Of a stretch of DNA of 64,000 nt, positions 26,426 to 39,600 are shown piece by piece (position 1 is the stretch's first letter; each line of letters starts with the position of its first letter). The stretch is from NCBI GenBank assembly GCA_030141605.1, contig JAQGDQ010000119.1:367005-431004 (forward strand). Direction: 5' to 3'. The position numbers and the translations under genes were made by a program. The notes beneath the pieces are model-generated. The model had not been told where the DNA came from. It searched no databases and saw only the letters and a list, made by a program, of their open reading frames with translations. The stretch is from Tubiluchus corallicola (taxonomy: Eukaryota > Animalia > Priapulida).

Positions 26426-27601
26426 TGAAACGTCGTGAGATAATAATTGTAAGCCCCGTTGTCTAAGTTTTTATTTTTTAATCTTCAGCCCAATAGCAGT
26501 TCTGACTGCTCAAAGGTCTAGCCATCGAATTGAACTGAACTGAAGGTTTCTCTCCTTGCGCACGACGTGACGACGACGACGAGGCAGGTGGACAGCGTGA
26601 TACGTTCGGCGTTTGAAGTTGTTTTTGTCTTGGGTCTGTTTTAAGTGCTTCTCAGCTGATATAACATAAGTTTAAATAAATCTTGAATGGCAAGCTATTG
26701 AAGTTGCTATTCGTGTTATCAGTTTGGTCTAATAAGCGCCTCCACAGTGAACACGAACTCGCTTTTCCTTACATGGTAGTGTTTCTGTAAAATAGTTGAT
26801 TTATAAATGCTTAAGTATTATTATTTTCTTTGTATTAGTTGTTAGAAACAAAAAATTGTTAGACATGGACATAAAATAGACATGCCTCATGCGAATCTAA
26901 CCTTCATTTTCACCAGCTCACTCACTCTTCATTGTCATTTCCTTACCCTTGTTACCACCCTTGTATTTCATGTTTTTACTTTTTTGACCTGCATCTTTTA
27001 CGTCTTCTCTTTCCATTTTGCCTTCTGCTCAGTCCTGTGCAAGGCTGTCTTCTTGGCCTGAGCCGATATATCAATATAATTTTATTACCGTGAATTTAAA
27101 TTTTGTTTATTTGTTGTAGTAACAAGTAACAGTAACAGTAACAGCTTATTTGTAAAATATGTAACAATGTTGTATTTATGGCATTTTGGAAATAAACTAG
27201 ACTAGGCTAAGTTACTGTTAGCATTATCAGACCTGTAAAAGTTCGTGAATTGTAGAAAATGTAGAGAATTTGTATACAAGCTCACTAGCACCTAAAATTG
27301 GATTAATTTTTAACTTATACTCTGCAGTACATCATTGTGAAAGATATGTTTCCTACTGTATTACTTATTGTACTTTGTAGCACTACTTTTGATTACTATA
27401 CTATTTTAAGAACTTCCTTATAATGACATCAGGATCTAGAGTTCAACTCATGTACTGTCCCTTCTCATATTCATGATACAAATAACAACTTAAATTTGGT
27501 GTGTTTCTGACACACCCCTCATGTATTGTCAAACATGCATTCTGCTAGGTTATAATAGTTTATAACAATAATAGTTCACATATTTGTTTCAGATTTCCGG
27601 A

Positions 27602-30600
27602 ATGGCACATTATAACTTTAAAAAGATCATGGTGGTGCCTGCATCAAAGGTAGCTCCTTTTTTGTACTTGTAGTACTGAGTGTTTTTGCTGCTTTGTCTT
27701 ACCATTGAATATTCTTTTGCATTGGTTGAGCACCAATTGAAGTTAATGATTTTTCTATTTAGTTACAGAATTATGTTTAGCTCTTACTCATGAATACTTG
27801 TTGCCATCTGTACTGTATACCACAGGCTACTTTTGTGTGATATGTTTTCTCCTTGTCTACTGTAATTTCAGATCATTCAGTGACAAGAAATATGTACATT
27901 GATACACATGTATTTTTCAAACTCTGCCAATTATCTCACAAACTCGCTCCTTTATTGGCTAATTCAACTTAACTTGATAAAATGACAACTCTAAAATACA
28001 CTGATGTTTCACAGGTAATGTACAGGTGGTCCATTAATTGCTATATTTATTTGGCAGTTGCAAACAGTAAATACAGTACCTTATAGTTATTGCAGCTTTA
28101 AAGGTAGATTTGCTATATATTCTTTTGTTGCTGTTCAAAGAGTGTGTCATTAATGCAGAAATTTTTAACTCTGTTTTTCTGCTGTCATATTTATATTTTC
28201 ATTATTATGGTTTTAGATCAACAACTTTTAAGATAATTTCACTGTTTGAGGTGTAATAGTACCACTTACGTGTAAGATTTCACACAAACAAGAAAATCAA
28301 AAACATTGAGAAGTTTTGACTTTGAAATTTGCTTTATGTATATGTGTATAATTTATTACAAAACTAAAAGTGACTGTTTCTCTTGTAGGATTTTGTCGAC
28401 ATCATCCTTTCTAAGACGCAAAGGAAAACGCCGACTGTCGTTCACAAACACTATAAAATTGCCCGTATTCGACAGTTTTACATGCGAAAAGTTCGGTTCA
28501 CGCAGCAGAACTTTCATGACAAACTGAGTCAGCTGCTTACTGATTTTCCAAAATTGGAAGTACGTGATAAATTGTGCAGCTTCTGTGTAACTGTGTCAGA
28601 TACAAACATAAAGATTTTATTGTTTAATGTAGTGCATAATAGGCATGTTGTCTTACATGACACAATTTTTCTTCAAAAAATAAATAATTGTTTGTATGCT
28701 TGTGCTAACATGCGATTTGTAAATTTGGATAGCTGTCTGCAAGTTTACATATTATTTACGTAGTATTAAGTAGTATCATCATGTTTAACTACTGTAGTTA
28801 TCTTTAAACTTTATAGTTTCTACAAGTTTAGATAGTTATTAAGACATTCACACAGCTATAAAGAAATTCAAGTAATTATGTCCAATTTTAGATAGTTATT
28901 TAACATTTTAGATGGTTATTTACGATAATAAATTTAGACAGCTATATGCAAGTTTAAATAATTGTCTAAAGTTTAGGTAATTGTTTACATGATTAGATTG
29001 TAATCGATAGGTTTAGATAGTTAACTACAAGTTTAGATCGCTGTCTACAAGTTGTGCTACCCATTCTTCAAACCTAGACAGTTATCTGCATGGTTAGATA
29101 GTTCTCTGAAAAATTTAGATTACCTGCCAGGTTAGATAATTTTCTTCTTGCTTAGGTAGTTATCCTCAAGTTTAGATAGATCTCTTCAAGTTTAGGAACT
29201 TATCTGCAAGTTTAGATAGTTTTTCAAAAGAAAAATATTTCACTACAGACTGAGATAGTTGCCTGCAGGATTTAAATTTCTACAAGTTTAGGAGGATAAT
29301 TAAACTAACTTTTGATTCGTGCTACATAAACTGAATATGAGCTGACTTAAAAATTCTTGCCTAATGCTTCATTGTAAAATGGTGAAACTAAAACAAAATC
29401 TAACATAGTCAAGCTTTATTTTAGGATATCCATCCATTCTATGCGGATTTGATGAATGTGCTGTACGATAAAGATCATTACAAGCTTGCTTTGGGACAGC
29501 TTAACACTGCGAGGCATTTAATAGATAAGTATGTAATTATAGAGGTAGTTCTAATATTCATCAATCATATTTATATAGGTATGGGTTGACTCAAATGGCT
29601 AGAGTGTGTGACCTGTAACCACAAGGTTCTGGGTTTGAATCCTGATTGACTCTTAATTTTTCAGAGCCTTGCTCCTGATTATTGATTAAAAAATTTCAGT
29701 CATATTTCTTTCTTTTTCTGTTTTCTTTGTTGATTAGCTAACATTTCATTGGTAGATGAACATGCCAGCATCTAACTAACTATTTATATTAATAAACTGC
29801 TGAAGACAGATTCAGAAATTATGTTTAGCTACTCATAAAAACATGCTGTTTTTTCTTTTACGTGTCCTGACTTCTAGGGCAAAATTTTTAAATTTATTTA
29901 AAACGTACGCAACATCTCACCACACTTCTGATGTTCGCAAGAAGCAGTCGTAGCTATGTTCTACTTATCAGTTTAAAATAATTTTCTTAACATTTCTTTT
30001 AGTGTTGCCAAAGATTACGTTCGGCTTCTAAAATATGGAGATTCATTGTACAGGTGCAAACAGCTAAAAAAGGCTGCTCTAGGAAGGTAGGTGTATCTCA
30101 GTTTCTTCAAACTGAAATATTAAAATTAAGTTCTTGCTTACTAGCATAGTAAAATAAGATGTAAGAACAATTTATTTCACACATGCACATAAAAGAGTAT
30201 AATGTACAATGCTGACAATAATAGTTGCTCAAGTGTGATGATAGCTTCATGACTATAAGCATTCTCGAGGAAGCTTTCTCTAAAGTGCATGAATTATAAC
30301 AATGGTGTGTCATACAAAATTACAATTATTAACAATATTTACATAGCTTATACTGTTTAAGTATACACATGAATGTAATGAACTTGAGGAAAAAGAAAAT
30401 TTAATTAAGTTATCTCCAATGAATTATCTGTAAAATAACTGTAGGATTACTACCGTGTTATTATTTTAGTTAGTTCTACAAAATGTGTCCTTTTACTGCA
30501 AAGTATGTATCAAAGTCATTATAATTTCGTATGCGTGAAGTTTCATTATGAAACTGTTTGTAAAATAACAAAAAAGAAAAAGAAAGAATTGTTTTACAAA

Positions 30601-33600
30601 ACCAACACAATCACAGCGACTGGTATTACTACTACTGCTGCTGCTGCTGCTGCTACTACTACCACTACAACTACTACTACAGTAGGTGCCGTTTATTAGA
30701 CCCGCGGTTAATATAATCAGTCACTTAAATTGATTCAAAAATGCCTGTTAAGGGCCGCTGCTGTTCATGTGTATATAAAAAGTTCCAGCAATTGACTCAA
30801 GTAACTCTGCACAATTGACTCGATCTTTTTGCTTCACTTACTTAAAGTAAAACACTTGTGTGTGACCAAAGAGCTTATACTACTTTTACGTCATCTTAAT
30901 GTCAATTATGTGAACTATAATATACATAGAAACAGTCACCTTAGGTACAGCTTGGTTCGTAGGCAGGTACAGTACATTTGTCATATGTGCTGATATGCTA
31001 GCATAGTGGCTTTGCTTTGAATCTGTCACCCACTTACGTGCACTTCTCTAGCGGTTTGCTTTTGAAGCCCTCGTTGCTTTTCACAAGGGAAACACAACTG
31101 CAGCTCAAGCACAAGGTGACTAGGTGTTTTACATAAATATATGCAGCATACAGTAACAGGTTTTCGATGTTTTTGTCAGTATGAGAATTTAATAAAGCAA
31201 ATTTTTTGTGCTTGCCAATCTTGCACGATTTTTTTTATTTTTAGTGGTAATAATCAGATTTCTGCAATTTGTTTTCTTTTTTTTTTGTTAATTCACTTAT
31301 CTAAATTAGTTTTCTTAAATAATTGCATATAGGAATTTTGAGATTAACTCATTTCTAAAGTTCATTTAAAGCCTTTGCACTAAGGTGATGCATGATGACT
31401 CATACTTCTATAGTAGTCATATACTACACATGTCAGCTAATAGATTCATTCAGTTAATTGAGTCAAAATTATACCCCAATATGAGTCTATTAAGCGATGC
31501 CTACTGTACAACTAAAAAAATCCTGGCCTTAGTATAATGTAAATGATAGAGTATAAACTTAGGCAAAATTAGCCACACGTGTAGCGGCAATTAAAACACT
31601 GAAATACCATGTTTATAAAGCCAAAAATTCCATTTCCTCTTTTCATTGTGGGACATGTTTTCTCTGCAGGATGTGTACAATTATGAAGCGACAAAAGCAA
31701 AGTTTGGAGTATTTGGAACAAGTTCGGCAACATCTGTCCCGTCTGCCAAGCATCGATCCCAACACAAGAACACTTTTGATATGCGGTTTTCCAAATGTCG
31801 GCAAATCAAGTTTTATTAACAAGGTGATTTTATTCTTACATTTACAATAATAATGTTCTGCTTTTATTTTATTGTTATTTATACGATGCTGCATGTCTGG
31901 CCACACCCAGGTCTGGTTTGAGGGTAGAATTCAAGCCACCAAAACCCAAATTCTTTCAAATTCTGCCTGATGACTCCATGTGTGGTGTAAGTGGTACCTA
32001 TTGCCTTGTCAAGTTTGTAATGCTTTTGATCCGAAGCCTCAGCATCTCTTTTAACTCAGTAAATCACTTCCAGGAGTTTTCCAGTCTTAGTGCGAAGTTT
32101 GAGAACCAGTCCTTATTCACTAAATGCAAAAAGTCACTTACAACCCTGACATGGTTGCACAAGCAACAAGTTTCAATAGATAATGTTTATTAAACATAAA
32201 TATTTTAATTAACAATTCTGTCTCTCAGTCTATCAATTCCCTTAGGTAATATCTGTAAAATGGTTAGCAGTAAAACAACTTAACCTAGTGACATTTTTGC
32301 TTTGAAGTCCATTCTGCATGATGTGAACATGAAAGTGTAAAATCAGATCAGATGTCAACATCGCCTTAAGATTTACATCAGGCATAGGACTGCCATAGTG
32401 CTGAGATTTAAGCTCTAAGTTCAACTTAACCCTAACTTTCACATTAAACATACGCCTGCCACAATGTTGACATTAGTGTCATCATGCTTTGTGTCAAGGT
32501 TGACATCAGCGTAGGTCACCCACCATGGGTGATGGTGCAGGTCTGTAAGATGTGTTTATCTAAGATCTTCCTCTAAGATGTCTAAGGGTCAAGACACGTG
32601 TATTTACTTTTTTAGATCACCCGAGCTGACGTAGAGGTGCAACCTTATGCTTTTACTACGAAGTCGCTGTATGTCGGTCACACTGATTACAAATACCTAC
32701 GATGGCAGGTGACGTGTTTGAATATATTTATGTTTATCATTATCCTGTGTGTCAATAAATTTAGCTCTGTTGCTTATAAAATTGTAATGCTATTACAGCC
32801 ACAACACACACAAGAGAAACAGTCGTTAATGGGAAACTTCTATTAATAAATGTTTATTAACTACTATTATTATTAATTAATAATAACTATCATTAAATGT
32901 TAAGTACTGTCTGTCTAGTAATCAAACTGTGAATCTTTGTGATGGCCTTTTTATCTGGTTTTTGTTTAGCATAGTAGAGGCTTTCACATGTTTTTTTGGT
33001 AAATGGTTTGCTATATGTGTGTACGAATACGTTTCCATTCGTTATGAATAACAACAAAAGCTGAAACTTAAGAACAACTCTGCTTTTTAATGGTTTCCCA
33101 GAAGTTTGATGGTCTGCACATGAATTTATTTTCAAATTAGTAATTAATGACATAGATAGGATTTGGGCTGAAATATTCTGTGTGGATAAATTTCAGGATG
33201 CTTTTTCACAGTTTTGCTATACACACTTGCTTCAGGTCAAAGGTTAAATGTACCCTAGTAATGCGTCTTAACTGCAATGCTGTCTGCCGCTTCAGTAACT
33301 TCAGTTGTTCTTAATTGTGCATTAATTAGTCTGTGTGTGTGGGCAGAGTGATTTACTAGCAGGATCTTGCTTGGGAACAAGAAAAATAAACTGAGTAAGG
33401 CTTTATCTAGCTGTTAAAACTGTTACTATTACAATAGCATGGGCTGTGAGACATTGCCAAGCGTACATAAATGTGTTGACCTTTGACCTTTTCATTATCA
33501 TCATCTGTCTAGAGTTGTGCATAGCCTATACATTTATGCTCTTCGTTTTTGATGGCCTTATGCCCTTAAAACCCTTAATCCACCTCTGGGAGTGATAATT

Positions 33601-36600
33601 ATTTAACTGTCTTATTTTGAGTGATAACTTGAAAACAGTGAAGGTCATCGTCTGTTTTTTGTCACATGCAGGTTGTTGACACACCCGGGATTCTAGATCA
33701 TTCTCTAGAAGAACGAAACACGATAGAGATGCAGGCCATCACAGCTCTGGCTCACCTACGAGCGGCTGTACTGTACATAATGGACATATCAGAACAATGC
33801 GGGAAAACAATAGCTGAACAGGTAATATGGTAAATCTTCTTGTGTTGCTTTATTGTAATGTCTAACACTTTATGATCAACGGCAGAAGATAACTTGACGG
33901 TTGTTTCGTTTTTTTAATTGGTGAATTGACAATAGTAATTCTTCCTTGAGAAGTAAGTCTGTCTCATTTGCCATGATTTGGGCCTCGTTAACCCTACAAG
34001 TGAGTAATCCAATGCTTTGCATTCCATACTAGTTTCTATTATAATAATAATTTATACATTTCTATGATAACAGTTATTTCCGTGTTTACCAGGTGGAATT
34101 ATTCAACAACATTAAGCCACTTTTCACAAACAAACCCATTCTGATAGTCGCAAATAAAGTTGACGTGTTGCGAGTAGAGGATTTATCGGATGAACAAAAG
34201 GTACAGTTAATAAAATTACAATTTGTAGGATGTTTATTGTACATAAGCAAGACTGCTGAGTTTTTATTTCAACCATAAACAAGATAAGCAAACTCATTTT
34301 ATTTACTCAACTTTGGTCATACATAATTCAGTTGTTATAAAGTCTTTCAACACATTTTCCTGTAATTTCCTGTTTAATTAGTACATTTGTGTATATTGTT
34401 TGATACCATACAGTGTAAGTATATATTTGTGCTGTAAATATTGTTTATTAACTAGCATAATTTAGTAAGTGTGTACGAATTTTTTGTCTAACTTGCTGTA
34501 CTAATGTGATGTTAGGCTGACACGATAAATTAAATTAAATCAGGCCAATCTAAATTTCAGGCTGTTTTAAAACAATTTGAAGAGGATGATGTCCCTCTAC
34601 TCTCTATGAGCACCATCACTGAAGAAGGTGTAATGAATGTTAAAACTGAGGTATCATTTAGTAACCATAATTAGATTTTCAGCTGCATCAATGTAATGAG
34701 CCTGTTCACAGTTCCAGGAATTGATGATAAAAAAGTCAAAGTTTAAATGTGCCAGACAACACGTTTGTGTACACATGACAGCGCCTCGCAGCCCGAGCTA
34801 TTGTAATGCAACAGTTTTAACAGCTAGCTAGAATCTTATTTAGTTTATTTATTTTTTGTTCCCAAGCAATATCCTGTTAACAAATCGCTCTACTTGCAGA
34901 CTAATGCATAGTCTTTGCTTACACGCATGTCGCGCGACAGTTGTAGTTACTACGAATTGCTGGAGTTCGCTTAACCTTTGACCTACAGCAACTGCGCGTG
35001 TGCATAGCAAAACTCTGAAAAGGTTTACTGTCGTGTTTCTCGGTGCATTCTTACAGAAATTTATTAGTGAACTTTATTTGCTTTTAATATGGGATAAGGA
35101 TGTCCAATTGCGTTTTGTAGCATTTTTAATTATCTAGAAGTGTGACACGTAGTCTTAAAATTTCTCATTCTCAAAATGAATCCCTTGAAAAAGTACTCTG
35201 TCATGCATTATGCAAAACACATGCATGTAATTTCATTGATTTTTGTCTGATTCCAAGCTGTTATTGTTTGGACTACAATTACTATTGCTGAAGCAATAAA
35301 CTTAATTACTCAGCTGGACCCCCAGCTAGTTGCAGCAGTTTTTAACAACTTGTTTCTGGGTCATCAAAGTTAACTGAATTTCTTATGCTTCTAAATCTTT
35401 TACCCATTTAGCAAATGTTGCTGATTTTTGGATAACATTTAAGTTGTAATGTACAAAGAGGGAAATATAGTAAGAGAGTAGTGGTACTAAGAGCCTATTC
35501 ATGTCAAGTCTCTTCACTTTTGAAGAGTTGTTTTATTCAGATAGACTTCATACACTTGCTAACGATGCTGATAGGTCTACAGAGTTAAAATGCAAAGCAT
35601 TTGTTTATTCCACATAATGCAATACATTAGAAAAAAAGCTTGGTAATATAATTGTTTATTTGGATAGATCTGTTTTTACCATGCCTTTTTGATGTGAGTA
35701 AAGCGAAGTGTCGGAATTGACAAGGCATATTTTTGTCACACTACTATTGTCCAAGTTGACTTTTACTGCCTGTTATGCCGAACCATGTCACCATAAACTA
35801 GCAAAGAAATGCAGCCAAATTTTTGCAAATTGACTTCCAGAATCTTGTTTTTAAACAAATATTTTTGCAACACATCATTCAAAGTAAATTATGCACATTA
35901 AACATTGATAGAAACTTATAGATTCATTTTATTGTTTAGAGTTGTTGTATTATGGTGCTTCAATGCAGTAAGGCACTTTTGGAGAGATGTGATATATTGA
36001 TGTTATTGTGTGTAATTGTGTATTGTAATTATGCGATTGGCTTGTGTGGTCACAAACATTTCCAGCCCGCATTAATTTTACGGTGTTTCCATTTACTGTG
36101 TATTTTTATTTTTTAAATTCATAGGCTTGTGACAGGCTGCTAGCTCATCGTGTGGAAGTGAAAATGCGGGGCAAAAAGATAACAAATGTGTTAAACAGGC
36201 TTCATGTAGCAGTGCCGCAACAACGAGACACAAGGGTTTGTTTATTTGTTTACTGTTTGTTTGTTTGTTTGTTTGTTTGTTTGTTTACTTTTTATTTCAT
36301 TGCCAGAAGACATTCGTTTTATGTTAGCTGTCTGTTAACACATTTGACTTACTACTAAGCTGTTATTCATACATTGGTTTAATTCCATATTTGGTTAAGT
36401 TAAAAAGCACTTTGCGTAAAACACATTAATGAGAAGTGTAAAGTCTTTGAAGTCTCTCTCGTAACCAAATATCCTACCATTTTGGTTAATTTTCTCAGGG
36501 CATTTTAAATAGGCTTTAGGGGTTGTGGAGTATATTCTTGCCTAAATGTGTAAAACAGCTTTTGTTAAAATTTGAAAAAAAAGCAAACACATATCTTACT

Positions 36601-39600
36601 TAATATCTTAGCTTAGTCAACAATGGAATATCTGAAAAATGACAAAAACGCAAAGTTAGCATCTTACTAATTCTCATCTGTTTTGTTGAATTTTATCCAT
36701 TACAAGTTGAATAACTTGTATAATTCACCCTTAAATACCTGTAAGAAACTTTACTGTAAATTATTTTATTTGCTGACTTTGATTTGAGGCAGATGATGTT
36801 CATGCAATCCAACTCTTATAGTTGTATGATGAAAGTTCGAGATCTGATGCCTCTATGCCCTGTATTGAACTTATAGGGAAGGTATTTGAGTACGTTAGTA
36901 GGTTGGTGGGTTGACCTTATTTGATATGATTGGTAAACTTTAATACATGTGCATTTGATGTGTCAGAAAAGAAAGAAAAGAATGTGAAACTGTATCTAAG
37001 TTTGTCTAAATCAAGACTGTAGCGCGACTGGGTTGCAACGGCTGTGTCCCACTGCTGCTGTCTCACTTGCAGCATTGGTGGTTACCTCGCAAACTATCTC
37101 AGAAACCACTACTAACATGTACACTGTGCAAGATTATTGCATCATCACACCATAGAAGAATTACATATCTTGTAGTATGCAGTAGGCAATGGGTGTCAAA
37201 ATTAGAAATAGTGTACAGTTCATTGACAACTACGCTTCAGAAATAATGATCTGCATGCTTCGTAGCACAAAATTTAGCCTTTGGACAACTACATATCAAG
37301 TTTCTTGAAGTTTCTTAAGTGCCTTTTAATTTTGTAAATGCGCCGAGAACGAACGTGAAAACTGCATAATGCTAGAAATTTTTACTGTGTTCAACTGCAA
37401 TTTTTTAAATTGGAATTTCCAAGACACAAATAAGCAACCATCTTAACGAATCTGTTTTCCTTTACAAACTTTACATACATAAATACACCTGTGAAAACAC
37501 TTTCTGTTTGTGCATGCAAATATGTCGAAATCCACCAGCTTATGTTTTAATTAAAACTTTGATGCTCTCTTAATTTTTGTTTTCCTACTGTTACGTTTTT
37601 CTTCACTAGGAAAGGTTGCCATTTATACCTCAAAAAGTATTAGAGAAAAAGCAAAAAATGGATACTGAAAATAAAAATGCGCAAGAAAGAAAAAGACTGG
37701 TGAGTGTAATCAACAACTTTTCTCATTTTCGTTGTCAAGGTTCTATCAAAAAGCATTTTTTACACTGGCACATCCTTTAAGTCTATTTTTTTTTATTTTT
37801 CAGTAAAATTAATAAACTTGTATATTTTTTAGGAGAGGGACATTGAACTGGAGATGGGTGATGATTACATTTTGGATCTTAAAAGTACGTAATCTACATT
37901 TTCTTCTGAACTTTATTGTAAATTTAATGCTTTCTTTATGTGGCAGTCAAGTTTTTGTGGCGTGTATATTATTGAAGGCAGTACCTTTTGCAACATGTTT
38001 CATCAACATGTTGATTGCACGAATGCAGAAATGTGATTAACTGCCAAATTGTTTAAATGTAGTAAAATTTCCTGTCACATAAATAACTTTTCCGCATCAT
38101 TACCGTGTTGCTGTAGTGAAAATTAAGAACTTCATTTGTTGCAACAGAGGCTATTGATGAGCCCATATTGCTTGATTTGCATAATTTACATAAAATCCAT
38201 TGACTGATAAATACTGACTAATTTAATTAAGGTAATATATACTAATATACAACTCTCATTAAAAGTCTCACTTTTGTAAAGGGTAAAATACTGTAGTTTT
38301 TAACCTGTCAAACTTCAAAGTGCTCTTAGTCTTACTCCCAAGGTTTGAAATTCACTTATTTTTGGCACCTTACAGAATGGTTTGATTTGAGGAAGCCAGA
38401 AGAAAAATACGATATTGTTCCCGAGATATGGCAAGGACACAATATAGCTGATTACATTGATCCAGAGATTATGGCGGTACTGGGCATTTCTCATTTAGTT
38501 CTTAACAAATTGCTGAGATGAGAATCTGAGTTGATGAGTGTTAACTTAGCATATGTAAATAGTTGGAATTGGTTTAATTATGTAAATTCCTTAGTACTTC
38601 TAAATATTTTTTATCCAAACTAACTCAGAGAAACTGATTTTTTCAGACTTTTGTATGGTGATTGTTAAGAAAGATGTCTATATAACAATGACATGCAGAT
38701 TATTGAGTGTTTCACTTTCCAAAACTCCTTTTTAATGAAAGTACAATTAACGGAACAAGTGTAGCAGAAAAAGTCTTATTGCATGTACATCACACTTAAA
38801 ATTATTTTATAATCGCAGGACAAGATGAAGCAGCCAAACATGTGCCAAAAATTCTAAAATTAAACTCCAAACTCCTTGGCGTTAGTTTTAGTATTATAAT
38901 CTTTGTAACATTTAACTAATCTTTACTTTTTCATTACTATAGAAACTAGAGCAACTCGAGAAAGAGGAAGAGTTAAGAGAGAATGCCGGAGTGTACGACA
39001 TGGATGTGTCATCTGATGACGAAGATATGAAGGAAATCCGAGAGACTGCTGCCAAGTAAGTAATTAGGGAAATAATTAGCTAATATGTAAATGTTGTGAA
39101 AAAGTTCATTTATTATTACTAGTTATATCAAGTAATTTTGGGTTACGTTGGTTTATGTTTCAAAGCGAAAACCAGCATCTCATAGTAATTGTTAATAAAG
39201 GCAAATTGCGCACTTTACCCTATTTGCATTAATTCAAATTTAAAGGAAGACAGGATGATTTTTCATATACTACCCCATTTTCAAGTACGATAAAAAGTAT
39301 ACACTTTAACGCAAAAATGTTTCTGATAATTAAATAATAGATTAAAAACTTAATTAATGGCGTGTGAGCCCAACTATTGATGACATCACAAACAAACATG
39401 ATTTTCAACAGCAAAAATATTCCACGAGCGTGTTGCACATGTTCGCGAAAGCGAAAATTGAACTACAGTTTTAAGATAAATTTCTAGATAAATTTTAAGA
39501 CAAAAATTCAAATTTCAAATTTACCGCTGTGCTCCCGCATGAGCTGTCGAACATGTGTAGTTCGTCACAAACTAACACATTTGATCTGAGAGGTTCAGCA

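Noticed and set aside
29583-29655. tRNA-Tyr gene
   Set aside because: Acceptor and T stems do not pair properly; more consistent with a SINE head.
30234-30300. C-box GTGATGA in GTPBP4 intron 4 (also at 31392 and 38154)
   Set aside because: No matching D box with a closing stem.
34005-34018. TAATCCAATGCTT complementary to 28S rRNA in GTPBP4 intron 7
   Set aside because: No D box follows it; treated as chance.
34651-34660. U12-type donor (GTATCATT)
   Set aside because: Mismatch to GTATCCTT and no TCCTTAAC branch site near the acceptor.
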